DNA of 64,000 nucleotides from an uncultured delta proteobacterium (GTDB lineage Bacteria; Myxococcota_A; Polyangia; Haliangiales; Haliangiaceae), in assembly GCA_963743525.1 (NCBI GenBank), contig CAVUQH010000008.1, positions 32,001 through 96,000 on the forward strand, given 5' to 3'. The notes beneath the pieces are model-generated. The model had not been told where the DNA came from. It saw only the letters and a list, made by a program, of their open reading frames with translations, and did not search any database. The position numbers and the translations under genes were made by a program. This document shows, in pieces, positions 51,427 through 61,966 of the stretch; within the stretch, counting starts at the first letter, position 1; each line of letters begins with the position of its first letter.

Positions 51427-51969
51427 CTACTTCATCGATCGTCCCAGCGCCTCGAAGATGGCGCCGAGCCAGCGGGCCCAGCGGGGCGGGCGCTCCTCGT
51501 CGTCGAGGATGGTGTCGATCAGCTCGCGGCGCCGGCGCGCCTCGATGGCGGCGTCGTCAGGTTCCGGATCGACCTCGGTGGTGGGAGGATCGAGGAGGTA
51601 GCGCAGCGCGTGACTCAGCTCGCCGCGATCGAACCAGATGCCGTGGCGCTTGCAGGTGTCGACGATGACGCCGGACTGGCGTCCCAGCTCGCGGCGGGCC
51701 ATCGTGCCGCCGCAGATCGCGCAGCTGCTCGGATGGCCGGGGGACAGTCCGCGATCCTGCGCCGGCAGGGCGGCCAGCAAGCGCCGCTGGGCCGCCAGAT
51801 CCATCCACAGATCATTGAACACGCGCGGTGCCAGCCACACACCCAGGCATGCGTCACACTCGTGAACCGGAATGCCAGCGATACGGCGCTCGTGGAGTGT
51901 TCCCGGGCACGCCGGGCAGGCGCGCGATCCAGTCGCGCGGCTCCGCTCGCGAAAAGGCACTCCGTTCAC
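51427..51969 (-). CDS. zf-TFIIB-like zinc-ribbon protein (two ribbons)
   Basis: CPAC...ECDACLGVWL and CAIC...DTCKRHGIWFDRGEL. Confidence 0.8.
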   Translation of the reverse strand: MNGVPFRERSRATGSRACPACPGTLHERRIAGIPVHECDACLGVWLAPRVFNDLWMDLAAQRRLLAALPAQDRGLSPGHPSSCAICGGTMARRELGRQSGVIVDTCKRHGIWFDRGELSHALRYLLDPPTTEVDPEPDDAAIEARRRRELIDTILDDEERPPRWARWLGAIFEALGRSMK

Positions 51970-52095
51970 CCGATAAAGTTACTACGTGTTGCGCGTCGTG
52001 CCAGCGGATGCGGCGCCCGAACGTGCGTCGCACAGACGCGCGTTTCTGCCGTGTTGCTCACGGACATTGCGCGATCCCGATCGCTATGGTGGGGC

Positions 52096-52722
52096 ATGCT
52101 CGAACGTCGACGGCTTTGCGTGTTGTTGTTGGTCGCGCTGCTGTGGGCATGGCCGGGTGGGCGCGCGCGCGCCGACAACAACCCCGAGCTGTTGGCCGGC
52201 ACGGTCGCCGGGTTGAGTCCCGCCAAGGTTGGCCTCGAGCTTGGTATTCGGCCTCGCTGGGCTCTGAGTCCACATGTCGACGTCGACGTCGCCGTGGCTG
52301 TTCGCGGGATGCTCGCTGAATCGACCAGCTACAGTGATTACTACGACGCCCGCAACGTCCACGGCATCGGCGTGCGCGGGATGCTCGGCATCCGCTACTA
52401 CGGTGGCGAAACGCCTCACCAGGGTCTGTACGTTCGCCTCGCTGTGGGCGGCGAATTCCAGCAGGCGTCGTTCGACGACGTCGATCTGAACCCGGTCGAT
52501 GGGCAGAACCCGCCGCCCCCGCAGCCCAACTCGTTCTCGTCGAAGGGCGCCGTCTTCGAGCCCGGGGTCGGCTATCGCTTCGCCCCCGGCCTGTGGCAGC
52601 TCGGTGTCGAAGTGAGCGTATGTCTGCCCACGGACAAGGATCCTTATCCTGCCAATCTAAGCGACGAGTGGAACCCGTCCAACGACTTGCACATCTCGTT
52701 CGTCGCCGCCCACCGCATGTAG
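52096..52722 (+). CDS. Outer-membrane beta-barrel-like hypothetical protein (paralog 1)
   Basis: Signal peptide ending ARA, amphipathic strands; clearly similar to the next gene. Confidence 0.7.
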   Translation: MLERRRLCVLLLVALLWAWPGGRARADNNPELLAGTVAGLSPAKVGLELGIRPRWALSPHVDVDVAVAVRGMLAESTSYSDYYDARNVHGIGVRGMLGIRYYGGETPHQGLYVRLAVGGEFQQASFDDVDLNPVDGQNPPPPQPNSFSSKGAVFEPGVGYRFAPGLWQLGVEVSVCLPTDKDPYPANLSDEWNPSNDLHISFVAAHRM

Positions 52723-52730
52723 TGCGACCG

Positions 52731-53360
52731 ATGGGCACGCTCCAACATCGGCGGCTTCGCGTGTTGTGGGTCGCGCTGCTGTGGGCGTGTCTGAGCGGAC
52801 GGGCGCGCGCCGACACCGGGCTGGAGCTCGAGTCCGGCGCGGTCGCCTCGGCCGCTCCGGCCAAGGTCGGGCTCGAGCTCGGCGCTCGGCTGGCCTGGCC
52901 ACTGTCCTCGAACGCCGACCTCGACGTCGCCGCGGCCGCCCGCGGGATGCTGGCCGAGTCGGTCACCGACAGCTCCCAGTTCACCGAGCGAAACGTTCAC
53001 GGCATGGGGCTGCGCGCGATGGTCGGCATCCGCTATTGGGGTCGCGCGTCGCACCAGGGCCTGTACGTCCGCTTCGCCGTGGGCGGCGAGCACCAGTGGG
53101 TGCGGTCCCAGCTCGTCGATTCCAGCTATCAGGGTCCGCTCCAGCCACCGCTGCCACCCATGCCCAGGACGAGGACGTCGCTCGGATTGGTATTCGAGCC
53201 GAGCGTCGGCTATCGACTTACCCGCGGACGGTGGCAGCTGGGCGTCGAGGTGAGCGTCTGCCTGCCGGTCGAACACGAGCCGTACCCGCAACACGGTATC
53301 GACGAGTGGAGCCAATCGAAGGAGCTCCATCTGTCCCTGGTCGTCGCCCATCGCCTGTAG
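52731..53360 (+). CDS. Outer-membrane beta-barrel-like hypothetical protein (paralog 2)
   Basis: Shares PAKVGLELG, RGMLAES, RNVHG, HQGLYVR, VFEP.VGYR, WQLGVEVSVCLP with paralog 1. Confidence 0.7.
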   Translation: MGTLQHRRLRVLWVALLWACLSGRARADTGLELESGAVASAAPAKVGLELGARLAWPLSSNADLDVAAAARGMLAESVTDSSQFTERNVHGMGLRAMVGIRYWGRASHQGLYVRFAVGGEHQWVRSQLVDSSYQGPLQPPLPPMPRTRTSLGLVFEPSVGYRLTRGRWQLGVEVSVCLPVEHEPYPQHGIDEWSQSKELHLSLVVAHRL

Positions 53361-53380
53361 GGCGCTGCGCCCGCTCGGCG

Positions 53381-53406
53381 CCGGGCACCCGATTGCGGGC
53401 GCCCGG
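53381..53406. terminator. GC-rich hairpin between convergent genes
   Basis: CCGGGCACCCG-ATTG-CGGGCGCCCGG; no U-tract. Confidence 0.35.
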
Positions 53407-53419
53407 GCCGGTGGCGGGG

Positions 53420-55543
53420 CTACTCGGCGCTCAGGTTGATCGACCGGATCAGCACGGTCAGCTTCTTGTCCAGATCGGCGCGCTGCTCGGACAGGCGGAC
53501 GAGATCTCCGGACAGCTGTCCAAGGTCCTTCTCCTGGTCGGCGAGCTTCTTCTCCAGCTGCCGGCGCAGGTCGGCGTTGCCCTTGGTCTTGCCCAGCATG
53601 GTCAGGTTGGCGCGGACGCGGTCCTGATCGCGGCTGAGGTCGTCGTGCAGCTTGCGCTTGCGCGCCATCTCCTTGTTGACGTCGTTCATCTGCCCCTTGA
53701 GCTTGATCGCCTGGGTCAGCACGCGGGCGACCGCAGGCGGCGCCTTGCCCGACTCGAGGTAGACGTCGAGCAGGTTCATGCTGATCTGGCTGTCGAACCG
53801 CTCGCGCCGCTGGATCTTGTGCGCCCACTCGATGTCGAGCTTGGCCTTGCCGTTGGCCGGCACCACCACCGGCACCATCAGCGCGTCGGGGGTGACGATG
53901 GTGTCGGCCGGCTGGTGCTGCAGCTTCCAGCCGGTGCGCCGCGCCGTCTTGACGTAGGCAGTGATCGGCGCCGGGTGGCGGTTGGTGACCTCGTAGGTGG
54001 TCGCCTGGATCTGCAGCACCTCGCTCAGCACCATGCCGTCGACGATCTTCAGCAGGCGCAGGCCTTCGTTGCGGGTGCCGTTGTGGCTGACCATGCTGAC
54101 GTTGCCGTCCATGGCGTAGCTGACGAACGCGGTGGTCGACTTCTCCATCCGCTCGATGAAGCCCTCGCCGACGAAGGTGCCGCCGGAGTAGATGGTCACC
54201 GGGCCCTTTTCCAGGGCGAAGCCGCTCTCGTTCTTGAACATCACCGCGCGGTAGGGGTGGGTCTCCTGCGGGCCGTTGGGGCGGAACAGCACCACGTCGC
54301 CGCCGGGCACGCGCTTGTTGATGATGGCGACCAGGGTCGACGACCGATCGGGCACGGTCACCGGATCCTGCAGGTCGTAGCGGAACAGCGAGCCGACGGT
54401 GGCGCCCTGCACGCGCGCCTCCTGGCGCTCGAGCTGGACGTCGAGGGGCTCTGCCGGGGCGGTGTCACCGTAGCCGGCGCTCTCTTCGTCCTTGTCCCAC
54501 ATGTTGTCGGCCTTGGCCGACGGCGCCGCCGCTCGCCCACCCGCGCTGCGCGACGCTCGGTGCGACGCCGGCCGTCGCGCGCGCTCGGCGGCTGGTGCCG
54601 GCGTGCTGGCGACGTTGCCCGGTTGATCGGTGGGCGGCGCCAGCGCCACCTGGCGGCCGCGCGGGGTCAGGTCGGGACGCTGGGTGAACTCGGGCGTGTG
54701 CAGGTCGTAGATGAACGAGATCGGCTGACCGGCCACCAGCGACAGCGACACGCGGTTCCAGTCCTCACCCGAGATGTTGTCGACCACCGCCCAGCCCTGC
54801 AGCAGCAGGCCGTTCTCGCCGGCGACCAGGCGATAGGCCGGCTTCCACCGCGGCATCTCGACGATGTAGCTGGCGGTGAGGTCGTGCTGCTTGTGCCCGG
54901 CGAGACCGATCGACAGCGCGATCGGCTTCCAGTTGCCCTCGTTGAGCGACACGTCCAGGCTCTGGTCGAGGCCGACGGACAGCGTGCGGTCCTCGAGATC
55001 GATGCGCGAGATGGCATCGACGGCGTAGACGCGCAGCCGGTTGTTGTCGGTCTTGATCGTCAGCCGCCAGTCGGCTTTGACGTCCTCGCCCGAGGCGTTG
55101 GCCTGCATGTTCTCGACGCCGACGATGCGACCGGTTACGTCTCCCTCGCTGCCGTGGACGGCGATGCGAGCGCCGCGGAAGACGCGCAGGACGTCGAGCA
55201 GGCCGCTGGCGTTGCGCACCTGTTCGGGCAGCTCGGACAGGACCTGCGCGCCGGTCTTCTCCATCGGCAGCGACACGCTCACGGCGCGGCCTTCGGACTG
55301 GTCGATGACCGTGAGCGACTTGAGCAGGTCGTTGATCTGGTTGGGGCGAATCTGCAGCGTCAGGGCGTCGCCGCTGATTCGGCCGCGGCGCTCGAAGTAG
55401 CCGACGCCGTTCTGATAGAGGACCACCCGCGTGATCGGGATCTCGGGGCCCTGCCCAGCGTGCGGCGCCGAGGCGCCCTGCGGGCGACAAGCAGTCAGCG
55501 CGACGAGCGCCGCTGCGGCTGTAAACCAACGAAAGTCATGCAT
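53420..55543 (-). CDS. DUF4139-domain lipoprotein
   Basis: LTAC lipobox; VVLYQNGVGYFERRG, NDLLKSL, WKPAYRL, QGWAVVDNISGEDW, LFRY motifs; C-terminal coiled coil. Confidence 0.85.
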   Translation of the reverse strand: MHDFRWFTAAAALVALTACRPQGASAPHAGQGPEIPITRVVLYQNGVGYFERRGRISGDALTLQIRPNQINDLLKSLTVIDQSEGRAVSVSLPMEKTGAQVLSELPEQVRNASGLLDVLRVFRGARIAVHGSEGDVTGRIVGVENMQANASGEDVKADWRLTIKTDNNRLRVYAVDAISRIDLEDRTLSVGLDQSLDVSLNEGNWKPIALSIGLAGHKQHDLTASYIVEMPRWKPAYRLVAGENGLLLQGWAVVDNISGEDWNRVSLSLVAGQPISFIYDLHTPEFTQRPDLTPRGRQVALAPPTDQPGNVASTPAPAAERARRPASHRASRSAGGRAAAPSAKADNMWDKDEESAGYGDTAPAEPLDVQLERQEARVQGATVGSLFRYDLQDPVTVPDRSSTLVAIINKRVPGGDVVLFRPNGPQETHPYRAVMFKNESGFALEKGPVTIYSGGTFVGEGFIERMEKSTTAFVSYAMDGNVSMVSHNGTRNEGLRLLKIVDGMVLSEVLQIQATTYEVTNRHPAPITAYVKTARRTGWKLQHQPADTIVTPDALMVPVVVPANGKAKLDIEWAHKIQRRERFDSQISMNLLDVYLESGKAPPAVARVLTQAIKLKGQMNDVNKEMARKRKLHDDLSRDQDRVRANLTMLGKTKGNADLRRQLEKKLADQEKDLGQLSGDLVRLSEQRADLDKKLTVLIRSINLSAE

Positions 55544-55635
55544 TTTTTCGTTTCGCCCGTTCGACGGCAGGGCGTCCTCCCCGAGTAGGACGGTATCACG
55601 GGGCGATTCCTTGGGAATCGCCGGCGCGGAGCTTC

Positions 55636-57252
55636 TTACGACACCTCTTCGAGGCGGCGGATGGCCTTCTTGTCGAAGACCACCCGCAGGTGACGCATGC
55701 TCTCGGAGCGGTCCTTGCCCCGGCCTGCCCCCAGGACCATCACCAGGTTGAGGTGATAGACCTTGTGGAAGTTTCGTTCGTCTACACGGTCATCGTCCTG
55801 GTCGTAGATGGCCAGGGTCTGGTTCGGATCGTCGGCACGGATGAGCAGCTCGCGCAGGGCGATGCGGGAGATGTCGTTGAGGTCGTAGTCCTCGAGGTGC
55901 ATCCGCTCGCGCAGCGCCTTGCTCTCCAGTCGGATCTCTTTGTCGTAGGCGAGGATCACCTCGCGCTTGGCATCGATCTCGACCGGCGAGCCGCTGCGGC
56001 GCCGGCGCAGCGCCAGCACCTCGGGCGGCACCTGATCTTCCTTGACGTAGCGGAACGACTCGCGGCTCTTGCCGATCAGCGCGCCGGTCATCGGATCGCG
56101 GATGTTGACCTTGTAGTCGGCCAGCCAGCGGTTGAAGCCGCGGTGGAAGGCCCGCTTGATCCAGTCCTTCATCCGGTCTTTGAGCATGTACGTCACCACC
56201 GCGGCGATGACGAAGCCGGCGCTGTTGATCATCCACATCCGCCTGCTCAGCAGCGCGGCCACGACGGTGAACAGCATCGCCACGCCGGCAGCGAAGCCGG
56301 CGACCAGGTCGCCCAGGCTGCGGCCTTCCTCTTCCTTGTCGATCTCGAGCCACAGCACCGAGGTGACCAGCTTCTTGAGCATGCCGCGGCGATAGACGAA
56401 ATGCTCGCCGTCGCCTTCTTCCCAGTCGTTGCCGTAGCCGGCGCCGACGCGATAGTCGCGCTCGGCCAGCAGCGCGGCCCGCGCGCGCCCGCGCAGCCCG
56501 TCGAGATCGCTGGTGGCCTGCGGCGCGAGGTCGATGGCGCGGAGCAGGTTGGTGAGATAGAGCTCGACCGCCTGGCTGATGTACTCGTTGACCATGGCGT
56601 AGGTGTCGCGCGTGCGCCGCGGCATCGGCTGATGGAGCAGGGTCGCGCGCAGCCCGCGCCACTCGGTGAGCAGCGAGGCCAGGTCGTCGAGGAAGCGGCC
56701 GCCGATGGTGCGGATGTCGTTAACCAGGATCGCGCGCGCCCGTTCGCCGTCGGGCAGCTTGCGCACGCGGACGATGATCGCCGCGACCTGATCGCGCAGG
56801 TTCGCGCGCAGGATGCAGCCGAACATGCGCAGCTCGTACGACAGCGCCGCCGCCAGCGACCGGGTGCGCGGCGATCGCCTCAGCTCACCGGACAGCGTGC
56901 GGATCTGCGCCAGCGGCGATCCTTCCGCGCTGGGGTCGGCCAGCTGCGCCATCGGCAGCACCGGTGTCTTGAAGCGCAGGTAGGTCTGGACGTCGTGATA
57001 GAACTGCGCGCGCGAGTAGGTCTGCTCGTTGAGGCCCAGGCTGCGCGGGACGAAGAAGTAGGTCTCGACCCGGTACCGCGAGTTCTTGGCGCCCCCCAGA
57101 TGGCAGTCCAGCTTCACCTCGACGTGGTCGCTGTCGTGGACGGCAACTCGACTGTCGATCGCTTCGTCGCGGTCCAAGGCCGCGAAACTGCTCAGTGGGC
57201 GTGGAAGGTTTATTGTGACAATCCTGTGACGGCCAAGTGTCAGTGTTGGCAC
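55636..57252 (-). CDS. Hypothetical membrane protein (two TM helices)
   Basis: Long ORF with YFFVPRSLG, AAGVAMLF, YMLKDRMKD, YHLNLV segments; start uncertain. Confidence 0.75.
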   Translation of the reverse strand: MPTLTLGRHRIVTINLPRPLSSFAALDRDEAIDSRVAVHDSDHVEVKLDCHLGGAKNSRYRVETYFFVPRSLGLNEQTYSRAQFYHDVQTYLRFKTPVLPMAQLADPSAEGSPLAQIRTLSGELRRSPRTRSLAAALSYELRMFGCILRANLRDQVAAIIVRVRKLPDGERARAILVNDIRTIGGRFLDDLASLLTEWRGLRATLLHQPMPRRTRDTYAMVNEYISQAVELYLTNLLRAIDLAPQATSDLDGLRGRARAALLAERDYRVGAGYGNDWEEGDGEHFVYRRGMLKKLVTSVLWLEIDKEEEGRSLGDLVAGFAAGVAMLFTVVAALLSRRMWMINSAGFVIAAVVTYMLKDRMKDWIKRAFHRGFNRWLADYKVNIRDPMTGALIGKSRESFRYVKEDQVPPEVLALRRRRSGSPVEIDAKREVILAYDKEIRLESKALRERMHLEDYDLNDISRIALRELLIRADDPNQTLAIYDQDDDRVDERNFHKVYHLNLVMVLGAGRGKDRSESMRHLRVVFDKKAIRRLEEVS

Positions 57253-57306
57253 AAAACCGCCCGGATAGCAACGATGTCCAGCGGTTGGGCACGATCGCAG
57301 ATCCCC

Positions 57307-58737
57307 TCATCGCGCGCGCAGTCGAGCGACCAACTCGTCCGCGGTTCCGGTGAAGCGGACGTTGGCCGGCACCGACACGAAGCCGTAGGCCGACAGCGGA
57401 GGCAGCTTGCCGCGAAGTTTCTCGATGGCGCTGACGTTGGTGCCCGGTGCCGCGATGACGGCCACCATCGGTGCCGCGTGCAGCCTGCGTCGCGTGTCGT
57501 CGATCTCCTTCAGCAGCCGACCCACGAAGGCGGCGTCGATGCTGGCGCGCTTCCACGCCAGGCTCCTCTCTTGCCGCAGCGTCACCCCGTTGCTCGGCTC
57601 GAGCTGGATTCCCAGCGAGCCGGGGGCGAAACGAACCATCGGGTCGAGTCCGGCCGGTGCGTCGAAGCCGAACGGCACCGGCGAATCGAGGAAGTCTACC
57701 GCCTCGGGGAGCTGCTGGCTCCACCCGTTCATGCGCGCGCGCAGCGCCGCCACCCTTGCCGCGCAGCGCCTGGCACGAGCGCCGCTGGACGCCGTGGGCT
57801 TTAGCTGGCCGGGCCGGTCTGCTGGAGGTGACGAGGCGCCGAAGTTCCACGTTGCGCGGTAGTGAGTTTCCGACAGACGCTCGCCGTCGTACTCGAAGAC
57901 CACCGTGTAGCGGCTGTCGCCCTCTATCGACATCTCAGTTGACGCGAACAGAGCCAGGCTTCGCCGCAGCGTGCCGTGGTGCTCGATGGCGTCCATGTGC
58001 ACGCTCACGCCGCCCGGCAGCTGGATCACGACCGGCTTCTTCGCCTTGCCGACGACTTCGAGGGTCATCGAGCTGCCGTCGAGCTTCGTCAGTCGCAGGT
58101 CGACCTGGGTGTCGATCGGCGTGCCGGCGACGCTGGGCTGGAACTGTACCCGCCAGTGGGCGCCTACCCCGACCGGAGTCTCGGGCAATCGGAAATGCTC
58201 GAGCGTGTCGAGCTGTATCGGCATCCCGCCAGTGGCTTGCTGCAGCTGCTGGGACAGCTGATCGACGCCGGGGGATGGCAGCACCGCCGCGTGCTCGTCC
58301 ACATCCACGTCGATTGGCTCGAGCTTGATTTGCGCCTCTCGCGCCGGCCGATCGGGAACCTTGATCGCGCGAGGCTCGAGGTGAACGTGGAAACGCCCGT
58401 GGTCGACCCCGACGATGCTGCGATGCTGAAAGCCGTATGCCGCCGGCAGGTGAGAGGTCACGGCCCCGCCGGGGTGAAACGCTTCGATCTGTCCCGTGAC
58501 CACGGTCTCGACGTCGCTGGCGTCGCCGGTCTTGCCGGTCATGCGCAGCGCCCGGCGCGGCTCGGCGCCGCGGGACAGCACGACCAGGCCGTCGGCCTCG
58601 GTGATCGGTTTCTCGGCGGGGGCGGCGGCGGCCGTCGGCGGTTGCTCGGTGCCAGGATCGCGGGGGCTCGATGGCGTCGTGCTGTTGCCACACGCGGCCA
58701 GCCCGAGCAGCACGAGGGGGAGTCGTGTCGCGCGCAT
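57307..58737 (-). CDS. Hypothetical lipoprotein
   Basis: LAAC lipobox, GAEPRRALR and LPETPVGVGAHW segments. Confidence 0.7.
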   Translation of the reverse strand: MRATRLPLVLLGLAACGNSTTPSSPRDPGTEQPPTAAAAPAEKPITEADGLVVLSRGAEPRRALRMTGKTGDASDVETVVTGQIEAFHPGGAVTSHLPAAYGFQHRSIVGVDHGRFHVHLEPRAIKVPDRPAREAQIKLEPIDVDVDEHAAVLPSPGVDQLSQQLQQATGGMPIQLDTLEHFRLPETPVGVGAHWRVQFQPSVAGTPIDTQVDLRLTKLDGSSMTLEVVGKAKKPVVIQLPGGVSVHMDAIEHHGTLRRSLALFASTEMSIEGDSRYTVVFEYDGERLSETHYRATWNFGASSPPADRPGQLKPTASSGARARRCAARVAALRARMNGWSQQLPEAVDFLDSPVPFGFDAPAGLDPMVRFAPGSLGIQLEPSNGVTLRQERSLAWKRASIDAAFVGRLLKEIDDTRRRLHAAPMVAVIAAPGTNVSAIEKLRGKLPPLSAYGFVSVPANVRFTGTADELVARLRAR

Positions 58738-58875
58738 CGGCGGCACTCTAGCAAAGTGCAAGGCGGCCTATTTCCCTGCAATTCTGGTCACCTCGGATGC
58801 GTCGCATGGCGGGTCGCCGGGTGATGTCGGTTTATGTGAGCCGATCTGCGTTCAGTCAGGCACTTTGGGGGCGAA

Positions 58876-59595
58876 ATGCGACTCCTCGCCTCAGTTGCAC
58901 TGCTCGCGGCCGTGGCCGCTTGCTCATCCAATAGTCAGCGGAGTGGTGCTGGCGTTGACAGCGGTATCAACTGGGGTGACGGAGGAAACCCCGCGAACGG
59001 TGGCGCCGACGCGGGCACGCAGGGGCTGCCTCGATGCCAGGAGCCGGGCGTCGCGATCGTCACCGACATCGACGCGACGCTGACCACCAGCGACAACGAG
59101 TTCCTGACCCAGCTGCTCACCGGCAATCACGACCCGGCCGAGCGCGCGGGCGCCGCCGCGATGATCAACGACTACGCCGAGCGCGGCTACTTCATCCTCT
59201 ACCTGACCGCGCGGCCCGAGGGCGCGCCGGTGGGGCTCACGGGACAGAACGCCGCCGACGCCACCCAGGCGTGGCTGACCGATCACGGCTACCCGGTCGA
59301 TCCGGACCGCACGCGCATGGTCCTGGCCCCGGGGCTGGTGTTCGGCAACAGCGCCGCCGACTTCAAGAGCGGTGCGCTGATGGACATGCAGGGCGAGGGC
59401 TTCACCTTCGCCTACGCCTACGGCAATGCGACCAGCGACATCGATGCCTACGCGGCTGCTGGCATTCCCGTTGACGACACCTTCATCATCGGTCCCGAAG
59501 CCGGCACCGGCGGCACCGTCGCCGTGGACGGCGAGGACTGGCTCGGTCACACCGCCAGCTTCGTCGACACGCTGCCGGCGATCTGCTCGTGGTAG
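58876..59595 (+). CDS. Lipoprotein with LNS2/lipin-like HAD phosphatase domain
   Basis: VAAC lipobox; TDIDATLT (DxDxT), YLTARP, FK, AYGNATSDIDAY..AGIP motifs. Confidence 0.8.
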   Translation: MRLLASVALLAAVAACSSNSQRSGAGVDSGINWGDGGNPANGGADAGTQGLPRCQEPGVAIVTDIDATLTTSDNEFLTQLLTGNHDPAERAGAAAMINDYAERGYFILYLTARPEGAPVGLTGQNAADATQAWLTDHGYPVDPDRTRMVLAPGLVFGNSAADFKSGALMDMQGEGFTFAYAYGNATSDIDAYAAAGIPVDDTFIIGPEAGTGGTVAVDGEDWLGHTASFVDTLPAICSW

Positions 59596-59599
59596 CAGC

Positions 59600-60607
59600 C
59601 TAGTCGAGCTCGTCGTCGTCGTCGGGGCCGCGCTCGGTCATGCCGTGACGCGACAGGTACTCGCTGCGCGCCAGACGCAGCCGCTCGGCCAGGGCGCCGC
59701 AGTTGGGCGGGCGCTGGTCCGGATCCTTGCGCAGGCACGCGGCGACGACCGAGCGAATCTCCAGGGGCACGGTGCCGGGCAGCGGCTGCGGCTGCTCGGT
59801 GAGGATCGTCATCAGATCCTCCTGCACGCACTCGCCCTTGCGGAACGGCAGGTCGGCCGTGATCATCTCGTGCAGCATCACGCCCAGCGCCCAGATGTCG
59901 GTCCGCTCGTCGACCGCGTCTTGTGCGATCTGCTCGGGCGCCATCGTCCGCGGCGTGCCGACCATGCCCGCGGGCTCGCCCTCGGGACCGCCGGCCAGCG
60001 GCCGGGCGATGCCGAAGTCGATCAGCTTGGGCACCAGTCGGCGGCGGTGGCGGGTGAGCAGCACGTTCTCGGACTTGATGTCGCGGTGCAGGAAGCCGGC
60101 GTTGTGCACCGCCTTGACCGCGTCGGCCAGGGCGATGCCGACGTCGAGCGCCTGCGACACGAGCAGCGGCGCGCGCGCCAGGCGGCTGGCCAGCGGCTCG
60201 CCCGAAGCCAACTCCATGACGTAGAACGGCAGGCCGTCGTCGTCGTTGCCGAAGTCATAGACGTCGATGACGTTGGGGTGGCGCACGGCGCCGGCGATGC
60301 GCGCCTCGCGCAGGAACAGCTCGCGCGCGTCGTGGTAGTGGGCCAGGTGGGGCAGCAGCCGTTTGATCGCCACCCGCTTGCCGATCAGAGTGTGCTCGGC
60401 CAGGTAGACCCGAGCCATGCCGCCTTCGCCGAGCAGACCGAGCACCCGGTAGCTGCCGAGATGTAGGCCCCGCGCCTTCACGGCGGGTACTGCCGGCAAC
60501 GATGGCACCGACGGCACGCCCGGTCGCGCTACTCCTTCGCGAATGGTGTCGTCCCAGCTGGCGCCACCGGATCCGGTCCAGGTCGCCGTTGCTGCTCGCT
60601 GGTGCAT
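59600..60607 (-). CDS. Ser/Thr protein kinase
   Basis: GEGGMARV, VAIK, HRDIKSEN, DFG, APE, DIWALG. Confidence 0.92.
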   Translation of the reverse strand: MHQRAATATWTGSGGASWDDTIREGVARPGVPSVPSLPAVPAVKARGLHLGSYRVLGLLGEGGMARVYLAEHTLIGKRVAIKRLLPHLAHYHDARELFLREARIAGAVRHPNVIDVYDFGNDDDGLPFYVMELASGEPLASRLARAPLLVSQALDVGIALADAVKAVHNAGFLHRDIKSENVLLTRHRRRLVPKLIDFGIARPLAGGPEGEPAGMVGTPRTMAPEQIAQDAVDERTDIWALGVMLHEMITADLPFRKGECVQEDLMTILTEQPQPLPGTVPLEIRSVVAACLRKDPDQRPPNCGALAERLRLARSEYLSRHGMTERGPDDDDELD

Positions 60608-60755
60608 GACCGCTCCCACCCTGGTTACGACGAAACCACCGGGAGATCGGGAGGGCAACTTTGTGGAAAGTGCGCGACTCGTTCGGCAGTCGCGGAACGT
60701 GGCGAGCTCGCCGCAGTCGCGCGACATTCTGATCGTTCTGGCGCCCCTGGTGCTG

Positions 60756-61956
60756 CTATTCGGCTACCAGCGCCCGGGCCAGCGCGGCGTCCGACATCGG
60801 CAGGCGCTCGTCGCCGATCTCCTGCACCGATTCGTGGCCTTTGCCGGCGATGACGACGACGTCGGCGGGAATGGCCTGTCCGATCGCGAAGGCGATCGCG
60901 GCCGGGCGATCGAGCTCTCGATGCCAGACGGCGCCGGGCCCGCTGGCACCCGCGCGCACGGCGTCGGCGATCGCGGCCGGATCCTCGTGGCGCGGATTGT
61001 CGCTGGTCAGCACCGCGACGTCGCTGAGACGGTGGACGATGCCGCCCATTTGCGGTCGCTTGCCGCGATCGCGATCGCCGCCGCAGCCGAACACGCAGAT
61101 CAGTTCGACCGCCGTCGCCGACCAGCTGGCGCGCGGTGCGCAGCGTGCCGTCGAGCCCGTCGGGTGTGTGGGCGTAGTCGACGACGACCAGCGGCGCGCG
61201 GGCGACGGTTTCGAACCGACCGGGCACGCCGGCAAACGCGGCCAGGCCGGCGCGGATCGCGTCGGGCGCGTAGCCGATGGCGTCGGCGGCCAGCGCCGCG
61301 GCCAGCGCGTTTTGTGCGTGGACGTCGCCGACCACCGACAGCTGCAGACGGCCACCCAGCGCGTCGGCCAGTCGCGAAGGCGCCAGCGTCACGTCGGTGC
61401 CGGCGGCCGATACCCGCACCGCGGCCGCCGCCAGGTCGGCATCGACGTCGCGCACGGAGAAGCGCCGCACCTGCTGCGTCGCCGGCAGCAGCGACACGAT
61501 CAGCGCCGCCGACGGATCGTCGCCGTTGACCACCGCGACACCGTCCGCCGGCAAGGCCAGGAACAGCTGCGCCTTGGCCGCCAGGTACGCCTCCGGGCTG
61601 CCGTGCATGTCGAGGTGATCGCGCGACAGGTTGGTGAACACCGCCACGCGCGGTGGCCAACGCCGGGCCAGACCGCCGGCCAGCGCCTTGGACGTCACCT
61701 CGAGGGCCAGCGTGCGCACACCGCGCTCGACCGCCTGCTCGACGGTGCGCGCGAACTCGTCGGTGGCGTCGGCGCCTTCGATCGACTCGTCGCACACCCG
61801 CGCGCCGAGCGTGGTCAGCCGCGCCCACGGCTCGCCCGCGGCGCGGACGATCGACGCGATCATCGACGTGGTCGTGGTCTTGCCGTTGGTGCCGGTGACC
61901 GCGGCGGTGGTCAGGCGCGGATGCGCGCGGGCAAAGCGTTCGGCGAGAGTCGGCAC
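60756..61956 (-). CDS. MurE-like Mur ligase lacking the N-terminal domain (frameshift near 61104)
   Basis: VTGTNGKTTT, LEVTS, FTNLSRDHLDMH, PGRFE, DYAHTPD, FGCGGDRD, DNPR, AGKGHE; P-loop about 20 residues from the start. Confidence 0.85.
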
Positions 61957-61966
61957 GCGCGCCGGA

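Noticed and set aside
60756..61956. Housekeeping murE of the dcw cluster
   Set aside because: Lacks the N-terminal domain and any ftsI/murF/mraY neighbours, so no gene symbol was assigned.
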